A DNA stretch of 17,744 bases from positions 1-17,744 of the forward strand of contig CAWCKW010000009.1 in NCBI GenBank assembly GCA_963796285.1, written 5' to 3'. This DNA is from Nitrospirota bacterium (lineage in GTDB: Bacteria > Nitrospirota > UBA9217). The position numbers were made by a program, and so were the translations under genes. The notes under the pieces were generated by a model. The model was given only the letters and a program-made list of their open reading frames with translations. It made no database searches and was not told the DNA's origin. Shown piece by piece: positions 17,313 to 17,744 of this stretch (position 1 is its first letter; each line of letters opens with the position of its first letter).

Positions 17313-17744
17313 ATGGACGCCGCCTTGTATCTGTTCCTGGCCCTGGTCGGCGCTGTCCGTCGGGTTTCTCTCGGGCCTGCTCGGCATCGGCGGCGGAATC
17401 GTCATGTTCCCGCTGTTGCTCTACGTGCCTCCGCTTTTGGGTCTCGGCGGCATCGATGTCAAGAGCATCACCGGGCTCACGATGGTCCAGGGTTTTTTTT
17501 CCGCGCTTACGGCGATGTTCTACTACCACAAAAATGCGCTCGTGAACAAATCGCTCGTACTGACGCTCGGTCTTTCGCTGTTCCTGTCATCGCTGCGGGT
17601 TCGCTGGTGTCGAAGAGGGTGCCGACGGGCCTCTGCTGATGGTCTTCGGGACCTTGGCGTTGATCGCGTCGATCATGATGCTCATCCCGCGCAGTTACGC
17701 CAGGACGAGCTGACCGAGGAATACGAATTTCCACAGGACCACCG
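17313..17744 (+). CDS. TauE/SafE (DUF81) family membrane transporter (partial, frameshifted in this sequence)
   Basis: ATG 1 nt after the selD stop. MDAALYLFLALVGAV, then after a +1 shift near 17357 VGFLSGLLGIGGGIVMFPLLLYVPPLLG..., the G..G.GGG N-terminal signature of TauE. Runs off the window. Confidence 0.85.

Noticed and set aside
16617-17639. Apparent 340-aa SelD fusion with a long basic C-terminal extension
   Set aside because: Artefact of frameshifts. SelD ends at 17311 and a separate TauE gene starts at 17313.
14360-17744. Programmed frameshifting in aspS, selD or tauE
   Set aside because: Too many shifts, in both directions, without consistent slippery sites. Sequence error is more parsimonious.

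Overview
Bacterial chromosomal window, probably from an anaerobe (Nitrospirota- or Desulfobacterota-like; this is an inference from gene content). The left half, on the minus strand, carries an octaheme HAO-family cytochrome c and then an E. coli-type complex I operon (nuoA, nuoB, fused nuoCD, nuoE, nuoF, partial nuoG). That operon is interrupted by a DUF559 endonuclease gene flanked by inverted REP-like palindromes and by heptamer-repeat spacers. The middle holds the housekeeping block ihfA-merR-tRNA-Pro(GGG)-surE-pcm, a convergent crcB-DUF190-PAP2 block and aspS. The right end holds a selenium-related cluster largely missed by the ORF track: a 55-aa CxxC-U-CxxC small selenoprotein (in-frame TGA plus SECIS-like hairpin), a Cys-rich ArsR regulator, a Sec-containing selD and a TauE/SafE-family transporter. 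From about 14360 onward there are many small indels (aspS, selD, tauE), most likely sequencing or consensus errors.
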